IMG/VR virus record: IMGVR_UViG_3300032218_003260
Length of the DNA stretch: 64,000 bases
Source: a virus
Taxonomy: Duplodnaviria; Caudoviricetes
Reading direction: 5' to 3' (one strand)
A model generated the notes under the pieces. It did no database searches and was not told the DNA's origin. It worked only from the letters and a program-made list of their open reading frames with translations. The position numbers were made by a program, and so were the translations under genes. Below, piece after piece: positions 1-9,284 of the stretch (its first letter is position 1; every line of letters starts with the position of its first letter).

Positions 1-1
1 C

Positions 2-895
2 TACGCAGCCAAGGATCTTGGCAAGGCGTTCCTGACGGTGACCTGCGCCGCCGCCGCCCTTTTTAGCCATGATCTTGGTGACCTCGTAGACCGCGTCATG
101 GGTCTTGCCGTTCTTGACGCCCTCGTCGTTCTGGTGCCGGCGGAAGAACTCAATGACGTCGTCAACGTTCTTGCCCAGCTCAGAGTACTTGAAGTGCGCC
201 AGCAAGAACGCTGCCGTCGGCGGGCCGGAGAACCGGGCTTTGGTCGGCAGGATGCTATCTAGCGCGCGCAGCTGCTCCTGAAAGTACTCCACGCAGGTCG
301 CCACGGATACCTGCCGAATATTCGGAGGTGCGTTGTCGATCTCGTAGAGGTGATGGATCTCGCACAGCGCCTCCTTCATCGCGGACACAATGCCCTTGCA
401 GCCCGCGAAGAAAGAAGACTGATACGTGATGCCAAACTGCTTGAACGCGCTGTAAAGCTGGTCAGCCGCGTCTTTGGTCTGGCCGCTGCTGTCGTAGGTG
501 TAGTACTCGTCAATGACTTCCTGTTCGTCTTTGACGTAAGTGATCTTCACCGTCACGTAGTCCGGCACGGCGTCAGTCAGGCCGTTCATCCAGCCATAGG
601 TACGCGTGTGCGCGTCCAGCTTATACTCCTTTCCGTCGTCCGTCACGGCCATGTGGACCGTGCGGTGCGCTTCACGAAGCGTGGACAAGTACTTCTTCGC
701 CTTGTTCCAATGCTTCGGCGTGTCGCGCTGTACAGGGGCATCCTGTACCTCCGCCCACTGCTTCAACGTCATCTGCCGCGTCTCGGGACGGCCGAGACGG
801 CGAGCCGCGCTGCTCTTTTTTTGCGGCGCGATTGATGACTTGTGCGCCGCTCGCGACGCCATTCTCTTACTCTGCGGGTGCTCCTTGCGAGCCAT
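2..895 (-). CDS. ParB/Srx-like (DGQHR-related) N-terminal domain protein; 3' end runs off the left edge
   Basis: Not in the ORF track. Hand translation from ATG 895 (AAGGAA upstream) is open to the edge: MARKEHPQSK...PVQRDT...EYKLDAHTRTYGW. KLDAHTR resembles the LDGxHR motif. Confidence 0.55.
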   Translation of the reverse strand, partial: MARKEHPQSKRMASRAAHKSSIAPQKKSSAARRLGRPETRQMTLKQWAEVQDAPVQRDTPKHWNKAKKYLSTLREAHRTVHMAVTDDGKEYKLDAHTRTYGWMNGLTDAVPDYVTVKITYVKDEQEVIDEYYTYDSSGQTKDAADQLYSAFKQFGITYQSSFFAGCKGIVSAMKEALCEIHHLYEIDNAPPNIRQVSVATCVEYFQEQLRALDSILPTKARFSGPPTAAFLLAHFKYSELGKNVDDVIEFFRRHQNDEGVKNGKTHDAVYEVTKIMAKKGGGGAGHRQERLAKILGCV

Positions 896-910
896 GTTAT
901 TTCCTTGTTA

Positions 911-1249
911 CTAGGTTGCAGCTACTTCTGGTTCGCTGCTTGGTTCGGCTTTAGCCGGAATTTCAGCTTCCGGCAGCATGTCGTACAGCCCCATTTCCAT
1001 GTCAAGGATCATGGGGTTTGGCACGTCGGGACCGCCGTAGATTAAACAGCGCACGTGCGGATCAGCGGGCTTACCGGCGATGTGCTCATGCAGCATCGAG
1101 AACGTGATGATATAGAAACGTTCTTCGGGCAACCGGTCGATCAGTTCTTGCGGTAGCGAGCGATTGTATTTCATCACGTCGCGCGAAATGTGATTGATGC
1201 GGTTGAGAAATTCTTTGTCTAGGTATTTGTATTTTGTGACTTCAGCCAT
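911..1249 (-). CDS. hypothetical protein (112 aa)
   Basis: Start re-called at MAEVTKYKY to remove the overlap with the upstream gene. Confidence 0.7.
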   Translation of the reverse strand: MAEVTKYKYLDKEFLNRINHISRDVMKYNRSLPQELIDRLPEERFYIITFSMLHEHIAGKPADPHVRCLIYGGPDVPNPMILDMEMGLYDMLPEAEIPAKAEPSSEPEVAAT

Positions 1250-1256
1250 TGGATGT

Positions 1257-1511
1257 TTAGCGCTGGCGCGCTTTTTGTGCGTTGTGAAATTTGAGAACGG
1301 CGTCGGCCGCCTGCTTTGATTCCGCGTCGCTATATCCTTCGAGCTTGAATCTGTTTTTGACGTAGTTATGTTCAGCTGATGACGAGTCTGGTTTGAACGT
1401 TGCCTGTTGCGGCGGTACGGCTGCCGCGCCAAAAATAGACGCAATAATGCCGATAATAAGCGCTACGATAAGTACCGGCCATCCAAAGCCGCCGCTGTTG
1501 TTCTGATTCAT
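1257..1511 (-). CDS. small membrane-anchored/secreted protein
   Basis: Hydrophobic stretch WPVLIVALIIGIIASIFGAAAV; ATGA overlap with the upstream gene. Confidence 0.7.
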   Translation of the reverse strand: MNQNNSGGFGWPVLIVALIIGIIASIFGAAAVPPQQATFKPDSSSAEHNYVKNRFKLEGYSDAESKQAADAVLKFHNAQKARQR

Positions 1512-1852
1512 GCGTTTGCCTTTCTGTGCGCTTTGTCTAGCGCGTTAATTGCCTTTGTTAGCTCGGGCATCCGTTCATCATCTTCAAACATGCCGTCGCC
1601 TTTTGTGTTGGCTTCGTACACAGTTTCGTCGCCGCAGTTGGGGTAGTCGGCGCGGAAGTAGCCGTGACGCAAACGCAAGTAGCCCGCTTGTTTGCCGTTA
1701 TCGTCTAGCACGTCGTACTGTTCTGGGCACGCGACAGATGTTTGTTTAAGTGTGTAACCGCCGATGCAAAGATCGGGCTCGTCCCAATTGGGGTCATTCT
1801 GCGCCATTTGGGGGCTCCATGCCGCTAGTGATGATGTTGGGAAATTGCTCAC
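1508..1852 (-). CDS. hypothetical phage protein (start uncertain)
   Basis: Fills the gap in a coupled gene string; GYLRLRHGYFRADYP core. Confidence 0.65.
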   Translation of the reverse strand: MSNFPTSSLAAWSPQMAQNDPNWDEPDLCIGGYTLKQTSVACPEQYDVLDDNGKQAGYLRLRHGYFRADYPNCGDETVYEANTKGDGMFEDDERMPELTKAINALDKAHRKANA

Positions 1853-2057
1853 GAAATTGCTTCTTGGTCCAGAAGATATCTTTATGCCCTTCGGCGGCCA
1901 GTTCCATTTCGCACTCCATAGGGTAGTGACGAAGGACGCTCAATGCCCGCCGGCGAATTGCTTTCGGGACCTTTGGTGTTTTTTTTGGATCCAGTAAGTC
2001 GCGCATAAACTCGCGGGCGTATTGTACGGCTCTAAAGCGCTCGTCGGGCATTGTCAT
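1794..2057 (-). CDS. BPSL0761-like conserved hypothetical protein
   Basis: PDERFRAVQYAREF...RRRALSVLRHYP resembles this family (recalled). Confidence 0.55.
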   Translation of the reverse strand: MTMPDERFRAVQYAREFMRDLLDPKKTPKVPKAIRRRALSVLRHYPMECEMELAAEGHKDIFWTKKQFREQFPNIITSGMEPPNGAE

Positions 2058-2060
2058 ACA

Positions 2061-2288
2061 TTACTCGCTTTGACTGTCTCTGTATTCGTCAAAATCATAA
2101 CCAACGGCGTCGCCTAGTTTTTTCATCTCTTCTCGAAAGGCTTCGTCATTGAGATCCATAGCGGTCAGAATTTTGTCTGTTGTTTTAAGGTAATACGTCG
2201 ATGCTAAGCAGACAAACTCTAACGCCGTGACCAGCTCGCTTTCGATACTACTGAGCGGCTGGCGTGTTTTCTTTTTTTGTTTCGTCAT
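2061..2288 (-). CDS. hypothetical protein (75 aa)
   Basis: Start re-called at MTKQKKK. Confidence 0.6.
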   Translation of the reverse strand: MTKQKKKTRQPLSSIESELVTALEFVCLASTYYLKTTDKILTAMDLNDEAFREEMKKLGDAVGYDFDEYRDSQSE

Positions 2289-2706
2289 TTTTTTCTTTGT
2301 CACTGCGGTATGGTGTGTATCCGTTCTTTTCAGCCTCTGCCGACGACAGCGTGCGAAGCCAGTACCCAGTCGAGCACAGCTGCCCGCGTTCGCCTGTGAC
2401 TTCGCAAATCTTGTACGCCATAGCTTCTGCCATGCTGCACACGCCAAACGTAAACTCGTCTCCGCCGTAACTGTACAAACGCAACCCGCCAAATTTTTCT
2501 TTGATTTGGCTGAAACGAAAAGGCGGGCATTCCGGTTTGTATTTAATGTGATTCTGAATCACTTGACAGGCGGTGTAGATTAAATCAAACCAACCGTCAG
2601 AGCACTCGCACCCGAAGCACATGAGCGATTCTGTCGGCGGCTTGTCGTGATCTCTGAACAGCTCAGGAAATTCTGTAATAAGCCGCTGTTCAAGTTCGTC
2701 TCTCAT
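2248..2706 (-). CDS. conserved phage hypothetical protein (QIKEKFGGLR family)
   Basis: Motifs ECSDGWFDLI, QIKEKFGGLRLY, ICEVTG, WLRTL. Confidence 0.75.
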   Translation of the reverse strand: MRDELEQRLITEFPELFRDHDKPPTESLMCFGCECSDGWFDLIYTACQVIQNHIKYKPECPPFRFSQIKEKFGGLRLYSYGGDEFTFGVCSMAEAMAYKICEVTGERGQLCSTGYWLRTLSSAEAEKNGYTPYRSDKEKNDETKKENTPAAQ

Positions 2707-2974
2707 TTTTTCCGTCCTTGGGTTTACGTTTCTTTATCGGTTTTTCTACCGTTCGTTCAAATTTTCGCAGCAGGTCAGTTATGGCGTCTTGTACGTCAAA
2801 CGTTTTGCCTAGCTCGTCAAATGCAGATGGTTCGGGTAGGTACGGATCTTCTTTGCCTTCTTTAAGCGCGGCGTTGTACTCACGGATTAATTCAATTTTG
2901 CGCGAGCCGAGCGCAGTGTTAACAACCCGAAGGGCTTCGTAGACCAGCTGCGCTTCTTGCGCGGTGAGTTTCAT
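2690..2974 (-). CDS. hypothetical protein
   Basis: 94-aa ORF in the coupled string. Confidence 0.65.
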   Translation of the reverse strand: MKLTAQEAQLVYEALRVVNTALGSRKIELIREYNAALKEGKEDPYLPEPSAFDELGKTFDVQDAITDLLRKFERTVEKPIKKRKPKDGKNERRT

Positions 2975-2975
2975 G

Positions 2976-3518
2976 TCATTCCGCCATTGCTACAACGCGG
3001 CGTCGGTTTTTCTTTTCGGTCAACGTTGCCGGTTCAACGTGTTCGAGTTGTGACCCCGGAATTAGTGCGGCCATGTGGCGCAGAAACGTCTGCTCGAACT
3101 CGTCTTTAGTCAGGTCAGAGTAGGTGCCCATGCTACCTTTGTGATACACCATCTCGCCTCGGTAGAGCAGCTTTCCTTCTTTGGTCATTCTGCATTTCCA
3201 CGAGCACAAACAACCAGACCGCCGATTCCACACTTCAAGCCCGACTATGACGTCTTCTTTTCTGACGTATTTGCCGCACTTACCGACCGGGATTTCTAGC
3301 TCTTCGAGATCCTGATCGTAGTGCGGGACAATGATATCTTTGGCGCTGTCCCAAACCGCTGGGATACATGTGTCCATAAAAGCCGCGTGCTGCCGGGCGA
3401 GCTGGTCGTCTTTCTTTTTTTCTTTAGCTATCAGCTCATCGCAAATTTTTCTTTGCTGAGCCACGATCAAGCCTAAAAGCTCATGGTTTTGTTGTTCCAC
3501 TTTTGTCCTCAATGACAT
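2976..3518 (-). CDS. hypothetical protein (N-terminal coiled coil)
   Basis: Start re-called at MSLRTKVEQQ. Confidence 0.65.
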   Translation of the reverse strand: MSLRTKVEQQNHELLGLIVAQQRKICDELIAKEKKKDDQLARQHAAFMDTCIPAVWDSAKDIIVPHYDQDLEELEIPVGKCGKYVRKEDVIVGLEVWNRRSGCLCSWKCRMTKEGKLLYRGEMVYHKGSMGTYSDLTKDEFEQTFLRHMAALIPGSQLEHVEPATLTEKKNRRRVVAMAE

Positions 3519-3750
3519 CCCAGCCAATGTGCCCGAATACTCTTTTGGTGGCGCGAAAATCGTCACCGTCATCGAGTCCCGGCACTATCAGTACAAGGGT
3601 TTTGTTTTTCTTATCAATACGAAACGTGGTGCCTGATCTAGGGATTCCCCACACCGCGTCTTGTGCCGCCGCGGCCACAAGACTGCGGCACCACATCAGC
3701 ACTGACTCGGACGGATTATCTAGTTCAAAATTGTTATTGAGCGCTACCAT
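3481..3750 (-). CDS. hypothetical protein
   Basis: 89-aa ORF overlapping both neighbours. Confidence 0.6.
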   Translation of the reverse strand: MVALNNNFELDNPSESVLMWCRSLVAAAAQDAVWGIPRSGTTFRIDKKNKTLVLIVPGLDDGDDFRATKRVFGHIGWDVIEDKSGTTKP

Positions 3751-4267
3751 CGGATTTCGTTTCTCCGGCGGTCAAGGGTTCAGTTTTAAAGTAATTGTTA
3801 GCCGCCGTGGCCCGAAGATAGTCGCCAACCAAAAGGTCGTGGCCCACTTCAAGTCGGGCAAAATCAACGAGCAAATTTGCCGGGTAGCGTGTTTCAAAAT
3901 TTAAAACATCAGGCCAACCGGCAGCTTCCTCGGCGTACTTTCTATCGAACCCGGCGTCGGTGTAGGCGCGAATCATTGCCGTGTAGTAAAAATCTTCCGC
4001 ACCAGAACCAGAGCCGCTTAGCCAAACCGGACCCGGCGGCGGTTCTTGGTCGTCTTCCAAGTCGTCACACACCTCTTGGTGCTTCAACTCAGCCAAGTTC
4101 ACGAGCGCAGTTGCTAGAGCTGAAATTACAATCTCTGCTGTCGCGACATTGTCATCATCACAAAAGCTGGCGGCAAACGCACGCAGCGCCATTTCACGCA
4201 GCGTTTCGTCCGACGCTAGCTCTTTGTTCGCCATGACGTAACGCAACCGCAAGTCGTTTTTGCTCAT
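3734..4267 (-). CDS. hypothetical protein
   Basis: 177-aa ORF, ATGA-coupled. Confidence 0.65.
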   Translation of the reverse strand: MSKNDLRLRYVMANKELASDETLREMALRAFAASFCDDDNVATAEIVISALATALVNLAELKHQEVCDDLEDDQEPPPGPVWLSGSGSGAEDFYYTAMIRAYTDAGFDRKYAEEAAGWPDVLNFETRYPANLLVDFARLEVGHDLLVGDYLRATAANNYFKTEPLTAGETKSDGSAQ

Positions 4268-4638
4268 ACAGAACTCGCTTCTGGTTTGGGGTCAAGGTGT
4301 TTGTGCAGCTCATCGCGCCATACGTACGCCTGCGAACCGCGCCCAAACTTTGTCGGGCAATTGATATCAAAATCGCGGATCATGCTAGAAAGCGCGTCTA
4401 GCCCGTAGATACCGCGCATCTGGTTGACTGGTTTACCGTCAGGGCCGGAGATGGTGTATTTCGGATTGCTGAAGTCACTTTCATAAATCGTGGTGCAGCG
4501 CTCGACCATTTCTTGCGGCACGCCGACATCCAAAAACGCCTGCGGCTCGAATATCGTGTGGCCGTCACATATGTCTGCGGCGGCGAGCACAATGTGTGCG
4601 GGAATGTCGGTCCATTTGATTGTGTGGTCTTTAGTCAT
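4264..4638 (-). CDS. hypothetical protein
   Basis: Start re-called at MTKDHTIKW (ATGACTAA overlap). Confidence 0.65.
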   Translation of the reverse strand: MTKDHTIKWTDIPAHIVLAAADICDGHTIFEPQAFLDVGVPQEMVERCTTIYESDFSNPKYTISGPDGKPVNQMRGIYGLDALSSMIRDFDINCPTKFGRGSQAYVWRDELHKHLDPKPEASSV

Positions 4639-4870
4639 CTGTTTGCTCCTCGCATACGCTGTCGTAGTTTTGCTCGTCGTCGCTGCTGAGTCCTTCGTAT
4701 TCGGCAAGACAGCCGCTGCAAACGAGCCGATTGATCCATCGATGTGCGTCGTCTACCTCGATTTCTTCACCGCAGGCAGCGCACGGAATAATCGTTTCTT
4801 CTAGGTAGGCTAGCAAGTTTTTTTCGTCTTGCAACGCCGCGTCTTCGATCGTGTCGTGGATAGAGTGCAT
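4631..4870 (-). CDS. small CxxC...CxxC (Zn-ribbon-like) acidic protein
   Basis: CAACGEE...CSGC; GGGGAA upstream. Confidence 0.6.
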   Translation of the reverse strand: MHSIHDTIEDAALQDEKNLLAYLEETIIPCAACGEEIEVDDAHRWINRLVCSGCLAEYEGLSSDDEQNYDSVCEEQTDD

Positions 4871-4884
4871 GGTTGTTCCCCTAG

Positions 4885-4919
4885 TGCCCGGGCGGTAGTT
4901 TTTGGCTACCGCCCGGGCA
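4885..4919 (-). terminator. perfect 14-bp intergenic hairpin (no U-tract)
   Basis: TGCCCGGGCGGTAG-N7-CTACCGCCCGGGCA, just after the stop at 4938. Confidence 0.6.
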
Positions 4920-4937
4920 GAGACGTCGGTTTAGATA

Positions 4938-5561
4938 TCAGTCCCAAACGCGGATGACGGTGTTGTCCCGTGCAACCGTACGCTGGTATGTGATCCTGTA
5001 TGTGCCCGGCGGCAACAGCCAGTCGCCGTGTTCCGGGTGCGCGATCGTATTGGCTTTGGTCAGCCGGAGAATCGGGCCGGCAAACGCAAGCATGGCGATG
5101 GCGTCTTGCGCCGTTACTCTGTTCGACGGCGCGTTGGGGTTGTCGCGCCGCTCAGCCCACTCGGCTTCTTGCAGACGCGGCCGCCAGTTCGGCTCCGCCA
5201 CGGAGATCCCGCGCATCTCGGCAAGTTGCACAAACATCTCGCGCGAACCAGCCTCAACCGGGCTGTAAACAGTGACGCCGTCTCCGTGAGCCAGACAGTG
5301 TCGGCTACCCTTGGTGTTACCCTCGGCAAGCTGAAGCGGAAATACCGGCTGCAGCGTGCGGGTGTAGAGCAGCGGCGTCTCCGAAACGTCATCAATCTTT
5401 TGAATGTAAATATCGCCCTGTCGAACAGCATCGCCGACGCTGGCCGCTTCGGGAAACTGCTGCGGGGCGTCATTCTTAATCTGCTCAACAGCCGCGGCGG
5501 CGGCACGAAGCCGAGCCACCGTGGCATGCGAAACCGGCGCGTCAATAACAGCTGTACTCAT
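4938..5561 (-). CDS. RQGD...HxEH protein, partner of DUF6745
   Basis: RQGDIYI, LAEGNTKGSRH, IAHPEHGDWLLPPGTYRITYQR; AAGGA RBS before MSTAVID. Confidence 0.7.
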   Translation of the reverse strand: MSTAVIDAPVSHATVARLRAAAAAVEQIKNDAPQQFPEAASVGDAVRQGDIYIQKIDDVSETPLLYTRTLQPVFPLQLAEGNTKGSRHCLAHGDGVTVYSPVEAGSREMFVQLAEMRGISVAEPNWRPRLQEAEWAERRDNPNAPSNRVTAQDAIAMLAFAGPILRLTKANTIAHPEHGDWLLPPGTYRITYQRTVARDNTVIRVWD

Positions 5562-5583
5562 GAAAAATTCCTTTGTGTTTGAT

Positions 5584-7014
5584 TTACGATGCACCAATGA
5601 CTCGAACCGGACTGGCAGCATACGAAACACGCGAAGTGGTTCCTGCGTCTGCCATCCAACCCTGCGCTTCAACGCAGGTGCTAATATCTCGCGGCACGCT
5701 GATGAAATACCGCCGCCCAGTAGAACGGCAGAACAACACCATCCGGTTTTGACCGGTTCTGTTTTCTTGTCCGCGCGGCGGACCAACCAGCATCTCGGTC
5801 GTGTTATCAATATCGTTAACACGGCTATCAAGAACTGGGCAGTCTGCCTCTGCAATAAAGCGATCCCAGCCGAAACGCTCGATGGCCAGCCGGCGTGTTT
5901 CCTCGTTACGAATGCGCATGATGTGCGCCGTCGACAGTTGCTCCGGTTTTGCGACAATCATCCGGCCGCCTTCGTTCATGAAGTGCCCGTCGTTGAACCA
6001 TAGCTTTACGCCATCGGCCCACTGCACTGCCGGTCCGGTCGTGCTGTGCAAGTTGTTCGACTCGTTTAGCGTGATGCGCGGACGATCGGCAAGAATGATG
6101 CACGACGACTGGAACGCGGCAAACGCCGTGCAGTGGTGGAACACTTCGTGCTCCCACGTAGTCGCCGGGTCATCAATCTTTAGGATCTTGCACAGAATTT
6201 CGGCGTCAAGCGCCTGCGGCACGCTGCCCAGAAACACGTTGTCATCCGCAATTAAATTAGTTGGGTTGGTTAATTCGTTTATGGACATGGCGCGATTCAG
6301 CTCGCCAATTGACCCCGCGGTCGAGCTGCTGTCAAAAATGATCTTGTTGCTGATTTCAGACAGTTTCTTTTCAGTTTTTAACACTTCATTGTTGCGCATC
6401 GTCCCGTCCCAGCTACGAAAATTCTCTGTGATAGCTCCTAGGCCGACGGTGTCGTTGAGCATAGATCGAAAAAGATTGACTGTGGTGGTCAAGTTGTTTG
6501 TCTTGTACATGACAACATCTTCTACGCCTTCGCCGCGGCTGCGCCACCAACGACGATTTAACCCAAACGAAGTTGCTACGAGGCTTTCACTTGTCATGTA
6601 CTCTTCGCGAATTGCCCGCAACCACGTTCGAGTAAACTCGTTGTTTTGCATGTTGCTCCACCAACGCCGGCGATCGCTATTCCAGCCGAGCAACGAGTCT
6701 TTACGCAATGGGATAACAAACGCGCTGTCGATTTCAAGCTCGCGACACAGCTCTTTTGCGTATGTCTTTGTCATCCGTCCGCGCACCACCGCCATCGAAA
6801 TCATGAACGTCACCGGCGACGAGGCGACGTGAAAAGTTACAGGGCTTTTCTTGTGGCGGTCCGAGCGAAAAGAACCCAAACCACCGGCATAACCGGCGCG
6901 AAGTATTTCCGCAGCTTTAGCTTGGCTGGGTTGACCGTTGTGAATAGTTTCAAGCCAGCGATTGATCGTGTTTTCAACAATGGTTCGAGTTGCTTTGGAG
7001 ATCTTAGATTTCAT
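5584..7014 (-). CDS. DUF6745-like domain protein
   Basis: C-terminus LHSTTGPAVQWADG...IRNEETRRLAIERFGWDRF...CRSTGRRYFISVP...CVEAQGW. Confidence 0.7.
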   Translation of the reverse strand: MKSKISKATRTIVENTINRWLETIHNGQPSQAKAAEILRAGYAGGLGSFRSDRHKKSPVTFHVASSPVTFMISMAVVRGRMTKTYAKELCRELEIDSAFVIPLRKDSLLGWNSDRRRWWSNMQNNEFTRTWLRAIREEYMTSESLVATSFGLNRRWWRSRGEGVEDVVMYKTNNLTTTVNLFRSMLNDTVGLGAITENFRSWDGTMRNNEVLKTEKKLSEISNKIIFDSSSTAGSIGELNRAMSINELTNPTNLIADDNVFLGSVPQALDAEILCKILKIDDPATTWEHEVFHHCTAFAAFQSSCIILADRPRITLNESNNLHSTTGPAVQWADGVKLWFNDGHFMNEGGRMIVAKPEQLSTAHIMRIRNEETRRLAIERFGWDRFIAEADCPVLDSRVNDIDNTTEMLVGPPRGQENRTGQNRMVLFCRSTGRRYFISVPRDISTCVEAQGWMADAGTTSRVSYAASPVRVIGAS

Positions 7015-7015
7015 G

Positions 7016-7471
7016 TTAGGTAGTGGTTGCCATGATTGGGTCAACAAACCCGCAGTTTAGCGTGCTGTCTGTCAGCACAATTTCAAGTGTTTCAAAGTGA
7101 TCGCAGTTCTGTACCCAGCTGCGCGGAATGTTAATTACTTCCGCAAAATCATCGCCGCCAACTAGTTCGCGGCTATTGTCGTACCATTCGTCGTCGGTAT
7201 TTGGGTTGCAGTGTTCGGCGTAAACAACGTGTGCGCCGCTAGCGACACCCTCGACATCTCGCGGAATACCGTTGCTCATGAGATATACGCCGCGATCGTG
7301 TACAAATACCAAGCCGGGGCCCGCGGGCGTTCGCGTTTCCGGCGGCTCTAACCCAAGCTCGCGAAACTGCTCGTCCGTCATGTTCTCGTGACCCATATCA
7401 AACTGCGTCGAGGCGTATGCGTGCTCAAGGCACCTCTTTAACTCCGCAGCTTTAAACCGTAACACTGGCAT
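7016..7471 (-). CDS. DUF3085-like protein
   Basis: LVFVHDRGVYLMSNG...YAEHCNP...GGDDFAEVI. Confidence 0.75.
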   Translation of the reverse strand: MPVLRFKAAELKRCLEHAYASTQFDMGHENMTDEQFRELGLEPPETRTPAGPGLVFVHDRGVYLMSNGIPRDVEGVASGAHVVYAEHCNPNTDDEWYDNSRELVGGDDFAEVINIPRSWVQNCDHFETLEIVLTDSTLNCGFVDPIMATTT

Positions 7472-7826
7472 CGTGTAGCTCCTTCTCTAAGTTTTTACCT
7501 CTCCCAAACATCCACGAGTCGCCCTCTTCTGGTTGAATGCGGCGCAGCCAATCGGCAACGCTGGGGATGCGACCAAGGTCTTCATTGACGTGCTGCTCGC
7601 CGATATACCGTACCGGCACAACCCGCCCGTCAGAATTCGTGATTACTTTTCCGAAGATTCGTTCTGATAAGAAAATACCTTCGGAGTGGTGCCGCAGCGC
7701 GCGGTGGCGAAAGTCTGCCATGTGCGCTTTGGATCCATCAAACCATTCGTGGATAGCGAGATAATCGTCAACCTCGCCGCCCCACTTGCGCACTGACGAC
7801 AGCGCGTGATGGTACGGATGTGCCAT
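7452..7826 (-). CDS. DUF6915-like protein
   Basis: MAHPYHHALSS...HRALRHHSEGIF...GEQHVNEDLGRIPSVADWL. Confidence 0.75.
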   Translation of the reverse strand: MAHPYHHALSSVRKWGGEVDDYLAIHEWFDGSKAHMADFRHRALRHHSEGIFLSERIFGKVITNSDGRVVPVRYIGEQHVNEDLGRIPSVADWLRRIQPEEGDSWMFGRGKNLEKELHDASVTV

Positions 7827-8035
7827 TAGTCTCCCGTGTACAAGTCGAGCACGGAGGTTAGATCGCTGTGCGTAGCTGACCAGTCCATTTTGTCTTCGGC
7901 TATTTCAGCCGAGCGTTCCCAGTCGGCGTCGTCGGGTCTGCCAAACATGTCAGCGCTCCACCAAGCCAGAATGATGCTTTTGACGCCGTTCTTTTTTGCT
8001 CGTTTCAAATTGTCGATCGCTTCGTCGATAGTCAT
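7826..8035 (-). CDS. hypothetical protein
   Basis: 69 aa; TAATG and ATGA coupling. Confidence 0.65.
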   Translation of the reverse strand: MTIDEAIDNLKRAKKNGVKSIILAWWSADMFGRPDDADWERSAEIAEDKMDWSATHSDLTSVLDLYTGD

Positions 8036-8325
8036 GCTAGCGGTTTCACTGTTGGTTCGGTTGCGCCTTCTGCAAACTCTATGTCTGCTTCGCCGCGCAT
8101 CACTTGTTTAATGATGTTGACGTCGTTGAGCGCCCGTTCAATCCACGGCTGCATGCGCAAGATAAGCGGATCGTCAGCCGGCCGCTTTGCCTTATACATC
8201 AGCATCATCGACATACCCACGACCACCATTTCGAGCGGCGGACAATCAGCGGCCCAGTCGGCGGTATACGTGATTGGCGCCATCACCTCTTTAACGTCTT
8301 CTTCTGTCCATTTGTCAGCGGTCAT
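8032..8325 (-). CDS. hypothetical protein
   Basis: 97-aa coupled ORF. Confidence 0.65.
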   Translation of the reverse strand: MTADKWTEEDVKEVMAPITYTADWAADCPPLEMVVVGMSMMLMYKAKRPADDPLILRMQPWIERALNDVNIIKQVMRGEADIEFAEGATEPTVKPLA

Positions 8326-8329
8326 TTAG

Positions 8330-8773
8330 TCACCACTCGTTTTGCGTCGTGTTTGTTTCCATGATGCGCTCGTTGTGCTGATGCTTGATCTTGCCTTTGA
8401 GCGTATCGATTTCAATTTCGCCAAAACTGCCTTCGTTAATCTCCCATCCGCCCGGAAGAAGATCCCAAAGCGTTTCAGAAAACTCCGCAAGCTTTTCGAG
8501 CGAAATAATGGGCTTGGCGTCAGTGCCGGTTGGCGTTGCGTACTGCCGCTTGAACTCTTCAAAATAAACTCTGCGGCCGTTTGTCGACGACTCCATAGCT
8601 TCGCTGTCGTGCTGCGCTACGGGGTCGCAGAACCAGAAACAGAGTTCTTGAAAGTCCCCGGAATCGCCGCTGCCGTCATACGAGGCAACTATCCCTGTAA
8701 CGCCAAGCGCATTAAACAGCGGGCAGATTTCTTTAAGCGTTTCAATTGGCGTTTTGATTTTAGTTTTTGCCAT
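8330..8773 (-). CDS. DUF6878-like protein
   Basis: LGVTGIVASYDGSGDSG...GWEINEGSFGEI...HNER; start re-called at MAKTKIK. Confidence 0.7.
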   Translation of the reverse strand: MAKTKIKTPIETLKEICPLFNALGVTGIVASYDGSGDSGDFQELCFWFCDPVAQHDSEAMESSTNGRRVYFEEFKRQYATPTGTDAKPIISLEKLAEFSETLWDLLPGGWEINEGSFGEIEIDTLKGKIKHQHNERIMETNTTQNEW

Positions 8774-8774
8774 G

Positions 8775-9278
8775 TTAATAAGACGCGTATACCGTACAAG
8801 GTTTACCGGTTTTCTTTTCTTTCTCTTCAGCAAGCGTGACAAAATTTTGAAACGACTCAACCACGCGGTCCGCAAGGTCTGACTGTTCGCCGTATAGACG
8901 CGCTTGCCGTTCACGTACAGCCTCTTCGACCGTCATTGGTCTGGTTGTGTCGCTTCTGATGTTTCCGCCTTCCGCAACCTCGGCGCCAGTTGATTGCACC
9001 ATATCCAAAAACATTGCAGCGAGCTTGTGCCCGTCGCCGGTCATTGCTGGTTCTGTAACACGCGTTAGCCGTTCGCGCATAACAGCGGCAGGAATCTGCG
9101 CCCGGCAATCGTCAGCCTCGAACGCTTCGCGAACAAGGATTCGCGTGGCATACGGGCCGCCGTGGTACGCTTCGCGCAGATAACCGACGTGACCGGACGT
9201 GGTAGAAAAACCAGTGGCCTGCGCGCTCTTTTCCTCTTCTTCCATCCCGTCCCATTCCAGATAGATATCAATACCCAT
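8775..9278 (-). CDS. conserved hypothetical protein
   Basis: MGIDIYLEW...GYLREAYHGGPYATR...CTVYASY. Confidence 0.7.
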   Translation of the reverse strand: MGIDIYLEWDGMEEEEKSAQATGFSTTSGHVGYLREAYHGGPYATRILVREAFEADDCRAQIPAAVMRERLTRVTEPAMTGDGHKLAAMFLDMVQSTGAEVAEGGNIRSDTTRPMTVEEAVRERQARLYGEQSDLADRVVESFQNFVTLAEEKEKKTGKPCTVYASY

Positions 9279-9284
9279 CGTTGT

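Noticed and set aside
38-835. Plus-strand ORFs 38-262, 350-835 and 606-914
   Set aside because: Shadows of the minus-strand gene starting at 895, which has an RBS and a recognisable motif.
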